A stretch of DNA of 24,666 nt from Candidatus Izemoplasma sp. GTDB lineage: Bacteria; Bacillota_I; Bacilli_A; Izemoplasmatales; Izemoplasmataceae. The translations under genes were made by a program, and so were the position numbers. This document shows, piece after piece, positions 23,734 through 24,666 of this stretch; the stretch's first letter is position 1, and each line of letters starts with the position of its first letter. The stretch is taken from assembly GCA_021736285.1 (NCBI GenBank), contig JAIPGE010000001.1, forward strand, positions 1 through 24,666, written 5' to 3'. Under the pieces are notes generated by a model. That model had not been told where the DNA came from. It was given only the letters and a program-made list of their open reading frames with translations, and made no database searches.

Positions 23734-24549
23734 TTATTTAGATTCAAAATCATCATAATATGTATGCACCTTGCCATCTTGTTTCCATCTAACAATACTG
23801 TCAAGATTCACATTTTCTGCAGCACGGAATATGTTTTTATCGATATCATCAAATTGTTCTTTTAATGTTTTAATGAGTTGTTTTGTGGTTGCGCGTTTGC
23901 TGGTAATATCGCATGTTGCAAGCTGACAGCCACATCCCATTGTTTCAATATTATTTGTTTTCATTATCCGCTTGATATCTTTTTCTCGAATAAGATACAT
24001 CGGACGAATGAGCTCAATCCCTTCATAATTTTTACTTTTTACTTTGGGAAGCATTGTTTTGAAACTCCCTGCATAAAACATATTCATTAACGTTGTTTCT
24101 ATCACATCATCAAAGTGATGTCCGAGTGCAAGTTTATTACAGCCCAATTCTTTGGCAAAATTATATAAAAATCCCCGGCGCATACTCGCACATAGATAAC
24201 ATGGTTTCCCTTTTGCATGTTTGCTTAAAATATCAAATGTGTTAGACGGCCTTATTTCAACAGGAATATCTAATTTTTTTGTATTATCGGCAATGAGATC
24301 AAGATTGACTTGATTAAACCCCGGATCCATTGTTATAAAGACGAGCTCAAAACTTATTTCTGGATGCCTTTTAAGTTCCTGAAACAATTTAGCCATAATT
24401 AAACTATCTTTTCCTCCAGAAATCGTCACAGCTATTTTATCCCCGTTTTGAATCAAATTATATTTTTTTATACCTTGGATAAGACGATTCCATAACGATT
24501 TTCTATAAGTGCTCATAATACTGCGTTCAAACTTTGTGTGTGGTTTCAT
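23734..24549 (-). CDS. ttcA: tRNA 2-thiocytidine(32) synthetase TtcA-family protein
   Basis: PP-loop SGGKDS, PCYLCASMRRG, ALGHHFDD, LIRP, second Cys cluster GCGCQLATC. RBS GAGGTG at 24556-24561. Confidence 0.88.
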   Translation of the reverse strand: MKPHTKFERSIMSTYRKSLWNRLIQGIKKYNLIQNGDKIAVTISGGKDSLIMAKLFQELKRHPEISFELVFITMDPGFNQVNLDLIADNTKKLDIPVEIRPSNTFDILSKHAKGKPCYLCASMRRGFLYNFAKELGCNKLALGHHFDDVIETTLMNMFYAGSFKTMLPKVKSKNYEGIELIRPMYLIREKDIKRIMKTNNIETMGCGCQLATCDITSKRATTKQLIKTLKEQFDDIDKNIFRAAENVNLDSIVRWKQDGKVHTYYDDFESK

Positions 24550-24625
24550 TTTTTACACCTCGTTTTAATACGGTGTAAGTATACTATACTATTTAATTAA
24601 TAAAAAATAATAAAAAATAATTTTC

Positions 24626-24654
24626 TTGATATTCTTCATTAAAAAAGGTATAAT
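24626..24654 (+). promoter_or_regulatory. Near-consensus sigma-A promoter for a gene beyond the right edge
   Basis: TTGATA(24626-24631)-17 nt-TATAAT(24649-24654), preceded by a tandem TAAAAAATAA x2 (24601-24620) resembling an UP element. Confidence 0.7.
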
Positions 24655-24666
24655 ATAAGATATAGT

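Noticed and set aside
23878-24090. Cys-rich 70-aa plus-strand ORF
   Set aside because: Antisense to ttcA. The Cys residues mirror ACA/GCA codons; no RBS.

Overview
AT-rich, standard-code (table 11) chromosomal window. The many acidic lipoproteins with short Ig-like repeats suggest a free-living Mollicutes-related organism (Izemoplasmatales/Acholeplasmatales-like). This is an inference; no marker gene is present. The left ~18.3 kb is almost entirely on the minus strand and reads as one extracellular nucleic-acid foraging and phosphate locus. (1) A ~9.5-kb operon, 18348->8826: CUT1-type ABC ATPase, two permeases, a solute-binding lipoprotein, an Ig-SNase-OB-OB nuclease lipoprotein, and a 1222-aa lipoprotein built as Ig-Ig-[OB-OB-Ig]x3-LTD with no recognisable catalytic domain. 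(2) A second nuclease lipoprotein, PASTA-PASTA-SNase. (3) Two overlapping DHH/DHHA1 (NrnA-like) paralogs. (4) A Na/Pi cotransporter, a PhoP-like regulator and pstS-pstC-pstA (pstA is cut by the window edge). The PstS is circularly permuted and the PstA has a PDZ-like insert. The ABC/nuclease operon and the nrnA pair share an identical 16-bp promoter sequence. Three phosphate-gene promoters carry 11-bp-period TTAACA Pho-box-like repeats. The right ~6 kb is housekeeping: dnaX-ybaB-recR, two membrane hypotheticals, and convergent mnmE/ttcA. No RNA genes, mobile elements or CRISPR arrays were seen. All domain calls come from motif recognition by eye, not from database searches.
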